Shown here in pieces: positions 29,677 through 40,086 of a stretch of DNA of 51,049 bases. The notes beneath the pieces are model-generated. The model saw nothing but the letters and a program-made list of their open reading frames with translations, was not told the DNA's origin and ran no database searches. The position numbers were made by a program, and so were the translations under genes. Position 1 is the stretch's first letter. Each line of letters begins with the position of its first letter. Location of the stretch: positions 1 through 51,049 of the forward strand of contig CAZPWM010000014.1 in NCBI GenBank assembly GCA_964590575.1. The letters are read 5' to 3'. This stretch comes from an uncultured archaeon. GTDB taxonomy: Archaea; Asgardarchaeota; Thorarchaeia; Thorarchaeales; Thorarchaeaceae.

Positions 29677-30369
29677 TCAATATCCTCCAAAAAGAAGACC
29701 CGGAAGAGCAAGCACTAAGAAAGAAAATCCCAGCACTACTTGAAATAGACCAATCCCTATATTTAGCAAGTTGAGCCGACCAGCTTTAGATTCAACCTGA
29801 GCTTTTTCACTTCCATATGCTGCCCCAACTGAGAGGAATGCGCCAAAAATGAGGTCAGTTGAAATATGGGTGAAGTAAATCAGTGTTCCAGCAATGAATA
29901 CTGTCCCAATGCTTAGTTGAAGGTCTCCTAGTAGAATACTAATGAAAGAGAGACCTGCCCCGAACCACCATAGTAGAAAATAAGGTGAAAAAATGCTCAC
30001 TAGAGCACCCTGAGTGGTGGCTTCAAGTGCAGTATATACAGACGTTTCTTGTTTTATATCAGCTCTTAAATCAGAATCGTCATGTTTGTAGTCTCGTAAA
30101 GCAAAGAACCCGAACAGAATGATGATTACTCCACCAAATCCCATGAGGATATCGACGATAAAAGGCGTCAGAGTAAGAGCATTCACACTCAAAATGATCG
30201 CTGCGATGATTCCGAGTTCTACTATCGCATGACCGACCATAGGAAAAATCCCATGAAGCCGACCACGTTTGCTGGCTTGCTGAATGACTGCTGCAGATAA
30301 GGGTCCAGGTGCAAGAGCTCCAGTCAAAGAGAGAGCAAACCATGCAACAAGAACCTCCACAACACCCAT
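29677..30369 (-). CDS. LysE family transporter
   Basis: GALAPGP, GHAIVE and SPYFLLWW. Confidence 0.85.
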   Translation of the reverse strand: MGVVEVLVAWFALSLTGALAPGPLSAAVIQQASKRGRLHGIFPMVGHAIVELGIIAAIILSVNALTLTPFIVDILMGFGGVIIILFGFFALRDYKHDDSDLRADIKQETSVYTALEATTQGALVSIFSPYFLLWWFGAGLSFISILLGDLQLSIGTVFIAGTLIYFTHISTDLIFGAFLSVGAAYGSEKAQVESKAGRLNLLNIGIGLFQVVLGFSFLVLALPGLLFGGY

Positions 30370-30542
30370 TCTATTTTCCTCTCTGAGATGCAAGAACAAA
30401 ATCAAAGAAAAGCTTGGTGTTGTATGCGCAAACGATTCAAAAGTGGTATTAATAGTATTACAATTAGTAGAAAAATGCTTTTCCAGAAAGCCTTAAAGCC
30501 ATTCCAATTGAGCTGAAAAACTAACTTGGGAGCTGTGCGTCT

Positions 30543-31676
30543 GTGAAACAGGTGCAAATAACTGTACCCTACGAAAAGACAGAAGCAGTGTATGATTTTG
30601 TCGTAGATACTCTGGGTATTAATAACATCATAAAATTCAACACTGATAATGCTCACATACTGCAATTCAGGATTCCTGATGACCAGGTAAATGAAGCGAT
30701 TGAGAAACTGAAGAGTAGAGGAGTCGGAGTCGAGTATGGATTTATCGATATACTCGATCTGAAGGCAACTCTTCCCCGTGAAGCGGAAGAGGTCAGTGAT
30801 ACAAGGATTCAACGAGATGCAAGTCTGGCGGTTGAAGAGATATATGAGAGTGTTAAGAAGCAAGCTTCATTGAGCTTTGATTTTATCGCGTTTACAATTC
30901 TAGCAGCAGCAATGGCGGGCTTTGGGTTGATACAAAACAATACTACGGTTATTGTTGCTTCAATGCTACTAAGTCCACTTATGGGTCCTATGTTGGGTGT
31001 CGCCTTAGGCTACGTTGTTAGAGACAGAGCCCTCTTTGTGAAAGGTACAAAGAATGAATTGATCTCTTTAGCTCTCTCTTTTACTGTTGGAATTGTCATG
31101 GCATTAATGATATATGCTGCAGGTTCGAGTGGGTTTGTTGCTCTTATCGAAAATGACATGGCAGCGAGCCCGATTATTCTTACGGAGATAACTCGCCGTG
31201 CTGGATTCAATGGATGGGATGTCGGTGTTGCAATAATCTCAGGACCTGCAGTCGCAGTATCTGTGACCAAAGGAGACATGTCTAGCTTGGTTGGTGTTGC
31301 AATATCAGCAGCATTAATGCCACCAGCTGTCAATGCAGCATTGATGATTATGCTGGGAGGAATGAATGCAAGCATTACTCTAATTCAGATAGGTTTCGGT
31401 TCTTTGATGCTGCTTGGAATGAACATCATTCTAATTGACTTGGCGGCTATTGTGATGTTTCGAATCAAGAAATTAACCCCACTTGCAAATCGATCCGCAA
31501 CTTGGACTGCTGTTACTCAATTCACCAAGACCCGGTCTGAGAGTCTGTATCACAAACCCCGAGCAGAACAAACTGAGGCCAAATTCACTCCAGCACCTAC
31601 TACTGGTGGCGGAACATCAGAAATTAAAGAAGAGGAAACTGAAGACAAGCAAGAAGACACAGGAGAGAATGGATAG
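30543..31676 (+). CDS. TIGR00341/DUF389 membrane protein
   Basis: VIVASMLLSPLMGP and LVGVAISAALMPP. Confidence 0.88.
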   Translation: MKQVQITVPYEKTEAVYDFVVDTLGINNIIKFNTDNAHILQFRIPDDQVNEAIEKLKSRGVGVEYGFIDILDLKATLPREAEEVSDTRIQRDASLAVEEIYESVKKQASLSFDFIAFTILAAAMAGFGLIQNNTTVIVASMLLSPLMGPMLGVALGYVVRDRALFVKGTKNELISLALSFTVGIVMALMIYAAGSSGFVALIENDMAASPIILTEITRRAGFNGWDVGVAIISGPAVAVSVTKGDMSSLVGVAISAALMPPAVNAALMIMLGGMNASITLIQIGFGSLMLLGMNIILIDLAAIVMFRIKKLTPLANRSATWTAVTQFTKTRSESLYHKPRAEQTEAKFTPAPTTGGGTSEIKEEETEDKQEDTGENG

Positions 31677-31688
31677 GCTACGAGTCCT

Positions 31689-32075
31689 TTGTCGATGGCC
31701 GCAGATCTGGTGTTTCCTTATTGGATTCATTGGCTAGGAGCGGGAATGCTGCTAGTATCAATCCCCTTCATGTCATGGGTTCACCGAACTCTAGGTGAGC
31801 ATTTTTCATATGCGTTTGAAACCAAAAATGAACAAAAGCTTGTTACCTCTGGGCCTTACAGCCGAGTCCGACATCCCCTCTATTCTGTTCATAACCTCTT
31901 CAATTTGGGAATGGTTCTACTCACAGCAAACATTCCACTCATCATTTTCGCAATAATTGGAGTACCTTTGACCTATGTACGTATGAAAGATGAAGAACGC
32001 ATGATGATTGAGGAATTTGGTTCCGAATATGAAAAATATAGAGAGAGAACAGGACGGATATTTCCAAAGCTATGA
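31689..32075 (+). CDS. Isoprenylcysteine carboxyl methyltransferase-family protein, possibly N-terminally truncated
   Basis: LVTSGPYSRVRHPLY and EERMM...FG..Y..Y. Only 128 aa with a weak start. Confidence 0.75.
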   Translation: MSMAADLVFPYWIHWLGAGMLLVSIPFMSWVHRTLGEHFSYAFETKNEQKLVTSGPYSRVRHPLYSVHNLFNLGMVLLTANIPLIIFAIIGVPLTYVRMKDEERMMIEEFGSEYEKYRERTGRIFPKL

Positions 32076-32168
32076 AACTCACCATTCTCACCTTGGTACT
32101 ACCTAGGTATCACAAGATGATTTAGTACACCTTTGGGTTAGAATGGTTAACTCTTTGGAGGACGAAAT

Positions 32169-32486
32169 ATGGGTGAACTCAAGAATAAACTGTTCAAAGG
32201 ACTCACAGAACACGACATTTTGACTTGGGAAGAGGAAAAGATGCGATACCAACGTAAAATGGGGAGAAAAGTCACAGATCTTGAGTTTTTGCGGTTTCTT
32301 ATGATGAAAGCATCACGACCAGTCATTAAAACAAAAGATGGAGTGTCTACAAGTTTCCTGACTGGACAAGGACCAATCTATGAGAAAGGCGACACACTCC
32401 TTGAACGATACCGAGGTCATGCATCAACTGATCTCGAAGATTCTGCTACGCGAAAACCTCAAGCACGCACAATCAGTGATCGATGA
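32169..32486 (+). CDS. Hypothetical protein
   Basis: 105-aa ORF with GGAGG SD before the ATG. Confidence 0.65.
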   Translation: MGELKNKLFKGLTEHDILTWEEEKMRYQRKMGRKVTDLEFLRFLMMKASRPVIKTKDGVSTSFLTGQGPIYEKGDTLLERYRGHASTDLEDSATRKPQARTISDR

Positions 32487-32801
32487 ATCTATGGTCACGT
32501 GGCAATCCTTAAATGCTAAGATACCAACTGGTATCTTAGATGTGCTAGATTCTATTATTAGTGTTATGTTCAGAATCCGGTATGTCGAAAGTTTATGGAG
32601 AATAAGTATTGGAACTGAATCAACAAAATCAAGAGATATTCCCAGAGTGGGCATCAACTTCAGGTATTGAATTTTGGCAACCTGATGAGCTCTTTATTGA
32701 GTGGATAACATTTCTCTATGGAATCTGGGAAACTGTCGAATACCTCTAATTAATAGTATCTTTGAAACCTCAAAAAGAAACCCATGGAAAGCTGACCCAG
32801 A

Positions 32802-33524
32802 ATGTCACAAGAAGGACCAGATGACCTTGATAGGGTCTTCAAGGCTCTAGGAAATGAAACCCGTAGAAGGATTCTGCAACTGCTTGCGCAGGGGGAGAGG
32901 TATCCCTACGAGTTAAGCAAAGTCTTAGGCTTGACACCGCGTGGCGTGTTCAAACATCTTGAGGCATTACAAGAAGCTGGTCTAGTGGAGCGTGAACATG
33001 GAGAAAGTGAGGTAGGACCAGACAGGGTTTACTACCGCCTCAATGTTCGATTTGGTCTATCTACAACCATCCTTCCTGGATCATTTGCTGTTCGATTAAC
33101 AAGTCATGGAAGACCAGGACACCGTCTTATTGTGCCACAGGGATTCATTATACCTGAAGCCAGACCTGATGTTGCAGCTGTAAAGAGACTTCTTCGAGAG
33201 CTTGGGAAAGTTAACAAGCGACTTGAGAATCTGGACTTGGAAAGGATGCGGTTTGCATCTCTCCGAAGTCAGATCATTAATCAGATAGAGCTCATCATGG
33301 AACGTTCTAATTGGGATGAAGAAAGTCGTCATAAAGTGCGATGCCTGATAGACCCAATCCGCCAAGAAGTTGAAGAAACTGTTGAAGAGCGGGAAGATGC
33401 TTGGGCAAAAACTGTCCAAGAGGCGCTCAAGTTGTTTGAGAGTATGTTAACAGGCAAATCCCATGTTCATGAGAAAGCGGATGACTCTGATGAAGATACT
33501 ACATTTGTTGTTGATCTTGAGTAG
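32802..33524 (+). CDS. ArsR family HTH regulator with C-terminal coiled coil
   Basis: FKALGNETRRRILQLL, KHLEALQEAGLV and RVYYRL. Confidence 0.9.
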   Translation: MSQEGPDDLDRVFKALGNETRRRILQLLAQGERYPYELSKVLGLTPRGVFKHLEALQEAGLVEREHGESEVGPDRVYYRLNVRFGLSTTILPGSFAVRLTSHGRPGHRLIVPQGFIIPEARPDVAAVKRLLRELGKVNKRLENLDLERMRFASLRSQIINQIELIMERSNWDEESRHKVRCLIDPIRQEVEETVEEREDAWAKTVQEALKLFESMLTGKSHVHEKADDSDEDTTFVVDLE

Positions 33525-33633
33525 CATTGCCAGACATCCAGCTAATCTTCCATTCGGACCATTTACGTTAGACATACTGAGAACGTACAATTATTCGACT
33601 TCTGATGTAGTTAGAATCACACCATAATGAGAA

Positions 33634-35223
33634 TTAACCAATTTTTAACACGAATTCCTTGAAATGAGGACATAGTCCCCCCATCCAGTAGAGATTTCCA
33701 AAACACTCCTTACGAAGACCAACACGTTCAACTCTGCATTCGAAACTCTTCTCCCCATCAAAAAACACACATAGATGACTATCACCTACTGGATCATCTA
33801 GTACTTTCTTTCTGACTTCTCGCATCAAATTGAGTTCAGGTGAATCTGACCAATCATCAAGTGGTCCGAGTATTGATCGAATCTTTGCGAGAAGTGTGCT
33901 ATCAGGTTTTTTTCCAGCTGCCCAGACTGCGACAATTTCGCTCACGTCTGCATTGAATCCGTAGAGAAGGTGATCAATCTCAACAGAGACCTTTTTTGCG
34001 GATTTATAGCAAGAGATTGCCTCATCGTATTGTTGTAGGATATAGTTAGCGTCACCAGCTAAAAATAAAGCAAGTATGAGTGTTGATTTCATACCAGCGC
34101 CTTCTGAAAGTGCTATTCCTTCATTGTATAATCGAATTGCCTCTTCAGTGTCACCCTTTCGAAGAGCTACGTCACCGAGATTCACAGTAGATACAACTAT
34201 GCCTCTCATATATTCGGCTTCTTGACTGATCTCCAAAGCCCTGCGGTTGTATGTTTCCATTTGCGGAATCTGGTCAAGTGTTCTATCAATCTCACCGACA
34301 TTGATCAGAGTAGCTGCAAGTCCCACCTGGTTGTTAAGTTGCTGCTGGAGAATGAGTAATTCTTCAAATTGATCCCGAGCTTCCTGTAGTCGTCCCATAT
34401 TGAGATGAATTACTCCGCGTAGGTTCCGTGCGTCAGCAGCTCCCTGAAGATATCCCATCTGTTCGTAAGTTTGAAGCGCACTGGTCACTAGACTCAGAGC
34501 ACGATCATGTTCATAGAACTCTTCTAAAGCTCGACTTCTGTAGAATTTAATATCAGTGAGGGCCAACTGATGGTCAAGGTGTGTAGCGGTATCCTGAGCG
34601 GAATCAAGACGGATTAGTGCTTCTTCACGAGACTCGGAATAAACAGCGATAGAAGCTAATATTATCCGTGCTCTAAGCAGAGCAGCTTGTACCCTGTTCC
34701 GAATCGCAGTGTCCTTTACAGTTGCTTGTGTTACTTTTTCTATGCTTTCCGATGCAACCTCTCTCGCATGGTCCATATATCCTAAATCGATTAGAACAGA
34801 TGCGAGTTGTCCCGATAGCTCGGCAAATGCAATGTAGTCCTTTGCCTGCCATGCTTGATTTGTTATATTCCGGAGATTATTCAGCCACCGGGGATCAAGA
34901 CTTTGGCGACAGTAGGCTGCAGCTGCATATCCTTTTGCTGTAATGTTAGAAGGATCTTTGGCAAGTATTTGGTTGTAACCATACATACCTCTCAGGTAAC
35001 ATGATTTTGCGCACATAGCAAGAAAAGCAGGACTTCGATTTTTCCATTCTCCACTCCCAACATATTCAATTAAAACGTCGGTGAAGAGCATGAAGCGGTT
35101 CTTTGGTGATCGAGAATGAGTTTTGATTCGATTACGTAGCTCGATGATTTCAGTTTCCTCTAATCCAGTTGAGTACATGATGAATTCCGGGATTATTGGG
35201 TTATCTTTCACGTCTTGAATCAC
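33634..35223 (-). CDS. TPR-repeat protein with a Cys-containing C-terminus
   Basis: Repeats of the type NLRGVIH..G..QEA and NVGEI/NLGDV. Four Cys lie in the last ~45 aa. Confidence 0.85.
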   Translation of the reverse strand: MIQDVKDNPIIPEFIMYSTGLEETEIIELRNRIKTHSRSPKNRFMLFTDVLIEYVGSGEWKNRSPAFLAMCAKSCYLRGMYGYNQILAKDPSNITAKGYAAAAYCRQSLDPRWLNNLRNITNQAWQAKDYIAFAELSGQLASVLIDLGYMDHAREVASESIEKVTQATVKDTAIRNRVQAALLRARIILASIAVYSESREEALIRLDSAQDTATHLDHQLALTDIKFYRSRALEEFYEHDRALSLVTSALQTYEQMGYLQGAADARNLRGVIHLNMGRLQEARDQFEELLILQQQLNNQVGLAATLINVGEIDRTLDQIPQMETYNRRALEISQEAEYMRGIVVSTVNLGDVALRKGDTEEAIRLYNEGIALSEGAGMKSTLILALFLAGDANYILQQYDEAISCYKSAKKVSVEIDHLLYGFNADVSEIVAVWAAGKKPDSTLLAKIRSILGPLDDWSDSPELNLMREVRKKVLDDPVGDSHLCVFFDGEKSFECRVERVGLRKECFGNLYWMGGLCPHFKEFVLKIG

Positions 35224-35401
35224 CGAATTAATGGCAAGCCTGCTAGTTCCTGCTCCTCTTTTTGCTCACTATTTATGGCTATCAAAAGGATTCTAGTGGT
35301 TTTCTTCTCGAAGGATAGTGAAAACGTGAAATTAAGGTTTCGAGGATGTATAGGGATTTAGAAATCATCATAATGTGTTTGTAATTTCTAGGAAACTCTG
35401 G

Positions 35402-35779
35402 TCAATAAATGGGTCTTACCTTCCGGACAGTGTCCGTCATATCATACATGCTAAACGGTTTCTGGAGAAAAGCTCTCGCTCCAACAGAGAGCACTGTTTC
35501 GCCCACACCATCTATAGGATCAGAGATGACCACAATTGCAATGATAGGATCAATATCAAGTATGCTTTCAATGAGTCGAACAAGGTCCGCTTGCTCCATG
35601 CTAAAATCAATAAGGACTACTGCTGGTTTTTGGCTCTGACTCATTACAAGAAGACTTTGTGCATCTTCTGCTTCACCAACAACGTCAAATCCGCCATCCT
35701 CGAGAGCCATCTTAAGAAGGACCCTAAGAAGAGGTATCTCTCCTGCAACAATGACACCAGAATGAGGTATTTGTGTCAC
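35402..35779 (-). CDS. Stand-alone receiver domain with atypical acidic pocket
   Basis: VVGEAED, LIDFSM and FLQKPF. The usual DD after beta1 is replaced by AGE. Confidence 0.8.
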   Translation of the reverse strand: MTQIPHSGVIVAGEIPLLRVLLKMALEDGGFDVVGEAEDAQSLLVMSQSQKPAVVLIDFSMEQADLVRLIESILDIDPIIAIVVISDPIDGVGETVLSVGARAFLQKPFSMYDMTDTVRKVRPIY

Positions 35780-35826
35780 TTCAGTCCTCCTCCTAAGGAA
35801 AAGTTTCCTGTAGTCTCAAGATACCA

Positions 35827-36189
35827 TCAGTCAGATACAGCACTCTCAACAAGATCAAGCATATGACGAATGGTCACTGGTTTCAGACCAAAACTTGCAG
35901 CACCGTTACCCATCGCTTGTTCCCTTACGTTTGCATCAGCACTGATGAAAACAATCTTAGCTTCTGGGTCTATCTCAAGGATTTCTTTCATCGTCTGCAT
36001 ACCATCTTTGTTTGGCATCCGATGATCTAAAATAATAACCTCTGGTTTTGGGACGATAACTGCGAACTTTTCAACAGCTTCAGCGCCGTCGTATGCATCA
36101 GCCACAACCTCATGTCCTTTGATACTGAAGACATCCTTATAGAGCCTATGAAGAATTGCCTCATCATCTACAATGAAGATTGTGACCAT
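35827..36189 (-). CDS. Stand-alone CheY-like response regulator
   Basis: IVDDE, ILDHRMPNKDG, ISA and LKPV. Confidence 0.9.
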   Translation of the reverse strand: MVTIFIVDDEAILHRLYKDVFSIKGHEVVADAYDGAEAVEKFAVIVPKPEVIILDHRMPNKDGMQTMKEILEIDPEAKIVFISADANVREQAMGNGAASFGLKPVTIRHMLDLVESAVSD

Positions 36190-37282
36190 ATTTTTCGGCC
36201 TACCTTATGGCTGTGTTTCGCGCTGTACATAGACAAGATCAATGAAGGCAACACTCACGTTAAATGTGCGATACTGCTCTTTGTCCATTGCGATGACTGT
36301 ACTGTACATGTCGATACTGTGATTCGGGATATAAATGATATGTGGTTGAGTATAATCAGATTAAATCATCTAACGATACTTCGTCTGAAAAAATAATGAA
36401 AAATAGCTCTCTCTTCTATGATCTTTTACGTTTTGTTCAAGTGTCGAAAAATCGACACCTATTTTTCCCTGAGTGACGATAAATCGAAAGGTTTAATGTT
36501 TATCATATTTTTATAATATCTCTTATAGTTAATCATTAATATTCCCCTAATATATTCTATTATATACTATATAGCGGAAGTAAGAAGATAAGAATCTAAA
36601 TTTTTTGAATGTGATTAAACTTATTGATCATCGAGGAGAGGTGAAAACAATACTTCATTTTAATTATAGTATAAATCAACCAAAATATACTGTATTTGAA
36701 AATCAAATATAGATACAGTATGATGATGCCGGATATGCATACACTCATACTCAATATGTGTGTACTACTACCTTTTGGCGTAAATAACCCTGCTTCTTTG
36801 GTATCCTTTTCATGTAGTAATCCATATGATACGAAAAATGAGTATAGAGATAAATTGCATCCTGAATAAAAACACGTGCATGTACTGTAGTGCTTGATCA
36901 ATTTTGTGGATTTCGAAAAGATGACATGTTTGTTCAACTGATTGTAATTGTAAATGACTTTCCTCAAAAAACCGTAATATGGTACATGATGTACCAATAA
37001 AGGGAAGCAAGATAATATTAGAAGAATGTAATAATATATAGATAGACGTTATAATTAACTTTCGAAAAATCGTCAGATGTTGAGGGATTTATGCGCTGGA
37101 TAAAAACTATAGTTAATACATATTACGGTGGTTGGACAGATAAATACAAGGCCTTCACAATTAACTAAGGCGATTCTTACAACCAATGAATAGCTTGTCT
37201 ACATACCCTGCCTGCGGAAATCTGTGACACCATTATCAGATCAATTTCCCCTTTTCCCCCAAGTACAGGCTTGGCAAAGCTT
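36190..37282. other. About 1.1-kb AT-rich non-coding region
   Basis: No credible ORF. Very AT-rich core at about 36490-36730, with palindromes GTGTCGA-AAAA-TCGACAC (36441) and GGTACAT-G-ATGTACC (36981). Confidence 0.75.
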
Positions 37283-38389
37283 TTACAGACTATCTTGCTT
37301 CTTTCTTGCTTCAGCTATATTCCTGAATAAATCACTAGTAGTAAGTGGAGGTATTCCAAGCTCCCCTTTGGCTACCAGGGTTATTGCATTTTCAGGACAA
37401 CTAAGTATACAATTGCCGCAGCCTATGCACCTTTCCTGATGCAAATTAGCAAAATCGCCTTCAAGCGTTATTGCTTCCATTTGACATCGCTCAATACAAT
37501 TCCCACAACCACTACATGATTCTTCATCAATCACAGCTTGGTAATTGCTAGAAGTATAATCAGCTGGATTAGGTATGCTCTTCAGACTAATCAAGCCACC
37601 ACAACAGCAGGAGCAACAACTACAGACAAAGATCATCTCTTGTGAATTACTAAGTTGAAAGATCAATCCTTCCTCTTCATTCTGTTTTAAATAGCCAAGA
37701 GCTTCTTCTTTGGATATCTCTCGACCCCATCCGTATTCATTATACATACTAGCCATATCACCAACGGCCATGCATACTTCTCGACGGTCAGTGGCTTTAC
37801 ATGGTTTACCTAGAAGATCATTAGATTGACGACAAATACAATTGACGATTGAAAAAGGACCAGACGATTTATCAAATTGAAGCCTAATATCATCATAATT
37901 GGCAATAGGATTTTGGTGGTCGACCTTTATCCCAATAGGAATGGTGCGTAATTGTCTAATTCCAATATCCTGGTTAGCTGGTCCCCATGCTTCACTTAGA
38001 TATTGGTCAAGGTCCTCTTGGAATTCTTTTGTTAATTTGTTCACCTGGAACTCATATATCCCCACAATAAGCAAGGCATTGGCATAGATTTTCGAACCAT
38101 TCATTGTGCCGCCCATAATTGCTCCTTTGTTGACCATATTGTCCAACAGTTTTTCAACATCATCTAGTGAATAGCCTAAATGATATATGCGGTCATATAT
38201 CGCTTCTAAGGGCTCGTAGGTATCAAATACTCCCGGATATCCACATTTTATGGTTGAGGCTATTTCCGCTTCCTCTGGAGTGAACAATCTCTTTAGCAAA
38301 CGAATTTCTACACCAGATTCAGTCGCTGGAAATCTCAAGGGAAATCCATCAAAATGCTGCTGTAACCGTTTATACACATCTGAACTCAT
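37283..38389 (-). CDS. 4Fe-4S dicluster protein
   Basis: CSGCGNCIERC, CIGCGNCILSCP, CICR and CSCCSCCCG. Confidence 0.88.
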   Translation of the reverse strand: MSSDVYKRLQQHFDGFPLRFPATESGVEIRLLKRLFTPEEAEIASTIKCGYPGVFDTYEPLEAIYDRIYHLGYSLDDVEKLLDNMVNKGAIMGGTMNGSKIYANALLIVGIYEFQVNKLTKEFQEDLDQYLSEAWGPANQDIGIRQLRTIPIGIKVDHQNPIANYDDIRLQFDKSSGPFSIVNCICRQSNDLLGKPCKATDRREVCMAVGDMASMYNEYGWGREISKEEALGYLKQNEEEGLIFQLSNSQEMIFVCSCCSCCCGGLISLKSIPNPADYTSSNYQAVIDEESCSGCGNCIERCQMEAITLEGDFANLHQERCIGCGNCILSCPENAITLVAKGELGIPPLTTSDLFRNIAEARKKQDSL

Positions 38390-38480
38390 TACCTAGCCAC
38401 ACATCCGAAGGTATCCTATTCAGTATATCAATCTATTCTTGAATATACTAACCCAGATATTACAAGGTGCAATATACAAA

Positions 38481-38784
38481 GGTGTACAGTATTGGTGTAC
38501 TGTAAACGCTCTGTTTCATAGTCCTGAAATAGACGCGCGGCATCAGCCAGAGTTAGGAGCTCGCAGTCCGAGTGTGGTTTCATACTCTCTCGAACCTCCC
38601 CTCTCTTCCTCCTCATGATGTACTTACCGGGAATTAACGTGTACGCAATCGGGAATAGCGAGCAAGCGTGTACCAGCCCACAAGACTGCCCCAAGCTGGC
38701 CAGGGGTACACCATAGCCATACATGGATGCGGGTTGGTACACGCAAAATTCATTCTGAAGAATTATTTTTGACTATGCGTTTAC
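38481..38784. repeat. Cluster 1 of the CGTKTAC motif (5 exact copies plus GGTGTAC variants)
   Basis: Copies at 38502(-), 38638, 38667, 38737(-) and 38778. Confidence 0.8.
38559..38770 (+). ncRNA. Candidate structured ncRNA of unknown family
   Basis: GC-rich intergenic segment with nested stems, a CU-rich tract and a downstream T-tract. The strand is uncertain. Confidence 0.35.
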
Positions 38785-38837
38785 CTGTTGTTCGACTAAG
38801 ATTATTAGGACCATCTCATGCCAGAGAACCTAGTACA

Positions 38838-40040
38838 ATGAGAGTAGATACAGATGTAGTAATCATCGGAGCTGGCCCAGCAGGTCTCACAGCTGCAAGA
38901 AGACTCTCAGAACTCGATATTCAGTACACGTTAATTTCACGAGAGGACAAACCCGGAGCATACAAAGCTTGCGGAGGGTATGTCCCTGCTCGAGCGCTTG
39001 AAGAATTCAATTTGCGTAGAATTCCTAATGCACACCGAGTCAAATCAATCAGGATGAAGTTCCCTGGACTCGAAATGAAACGGGTCGACTTCGACCAACC
39101 TGTGGGCGTAAACGTGAGCAGGGCTAATCTTGGAACTGGTCTCCTTGACGTAATAGACAACGACATTGGAGAAGTCTGGCTAGAAACTGAATGTGGTCAG
39201 ATTACGTCAACGAAAGACCATTCAGTTATTCAGTACACTACGGAAAATGAAAGTGGTTCAATCTCAACCAATCTGATCATTGATGCAAGCGGAGCGAACG
39301 CAGTAAGTCTTCGCTTCAATCCAATACGGAATAGACCCATGAACTCTCAGATAGGGTATGGTGTTCAGTACCAGGTGAAAACGAAAAATCCTCTCGAAAT
39401 TGTGAATGATTTCTATTATGGGAGTGAATTCTCACCAAGAGGTTACGCATGGAGCTTTCCACGCGGCCATGAAACAGTCTTGGGCACAGGCGGCATTGTA
39501 GGTACAGTTCGAGAAACTGAGAAGAGGACAACAACCTACCTAGACGACCTTGTCAGGAATACGGAACCAATGGCAACTGAATTGCAAGACGCAGGGTATG
39601 AGATTACACATAGAGAAGCCGCATTAATGCCTCTTGCAGGAATAGTAAGTCCATCATATGGAAAAAGGATCATGCTTGCAGGTGACGCAGCGTGTCATTG
39701 TTCACCCATCACAGGAGAAGGGATTCATTACTCGATGATAAGCGGTCGGAAAGCTGCTGACACTGCGGCTTTTTGTATTCAGAAGAACGACTTCTCCGAC
39801 AAAGCCCTGTCACGATATGAGAACTCATGGACCAATGCATTTGGTTCAGATCTCAAATGGGGTCTCTGGTTACAGAAGAGATTCCTTGAATCAGGATCAA
39901 GCTCGATGGGTTCCTCATTTCTTAATTCAGAAAAATCAATTCGAGTGATTGCAGAGATGCTTGCGGGAGTGCGAACTGTCAGGAGTGCGATTCTTGCAGC
40001 GGCACCAGGATATATGCTTTCCAAATTGAAACGCACCTAA
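38838..40040 (+). CDS. Geranylgeranyl reductase-family FAD oxidoreductase
   Basis: IIGAGPAG, ACGG, GYAWSFP (YxWxFP) and GDAA..P.TGEGI. The MRVDTD start is preferred. Confidence 0.87.
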   Translation: MRVDTDVVIIGAGPAGLTAARRLSELDIQYTLISREDKPGAYKACGGYVPARALEEFNLRRIPNAHRVKSIRMKFPGLEMKRVDFDQPVGVNVSRANLGTGLLDVIDNDIGEVWLETECGQITSTKDHSVIQYTTENESGSISTNLIIDASGANAVSLRFNPIRNRPMNSQIGYGVQYQVKTKNPLEIVNDFYYGSEFSPRGYAWSFPRGHETVLGTGGIVGTVRETEKRTTTYLDDLVRNTEPMATELQDAGYEITHREAALMPLAGIVSPSYGKRIMLAGDAACHCSPITGEGIHYSMISGRKAADTAAFCIQKNDFSDKALSRYENSWTNAFGSDLKWGLWLQKRFLESGSSSMGSSFLNSEKSIRVIAEMLAGVRTVRSAILAAAPGYMLSKLKRT

Positions 40041-40086
40041 TGGGCGTGGTAGTACATATTTTTCTGCCTGGCCCACCTAATGGGTT

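Noticed and set aside
36190-37282. Small ORFs (36112, 36596, 36810) and canonical ORB elements
   Set aside because: The ORFs have the composition of translated AT-rich noise, and no TCCA...GAAA...GGGG ORB consensus was found.
38428-38742. 104-aa minus-strand ORF containing LLTLADAARLF (excisionase-like)
   Set aside because: The rest is not protein-like, no integrase is nearby, and the region is better explained by repeats and structure.
38530-38770. SRP RNA, RNase P RNA or tRNA
   Set aside because: No helix-8 CAGG-GNRA-AGCA, no RNase P CR-I/CR-V sequences and no cloverleaf on either strand.
40034-40084. 11-bp direct repeat CACCTAATGGG between convergent genes
   Set aside because: It encloses only 29 bp with no element. 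It is a possible scar but unsupported.
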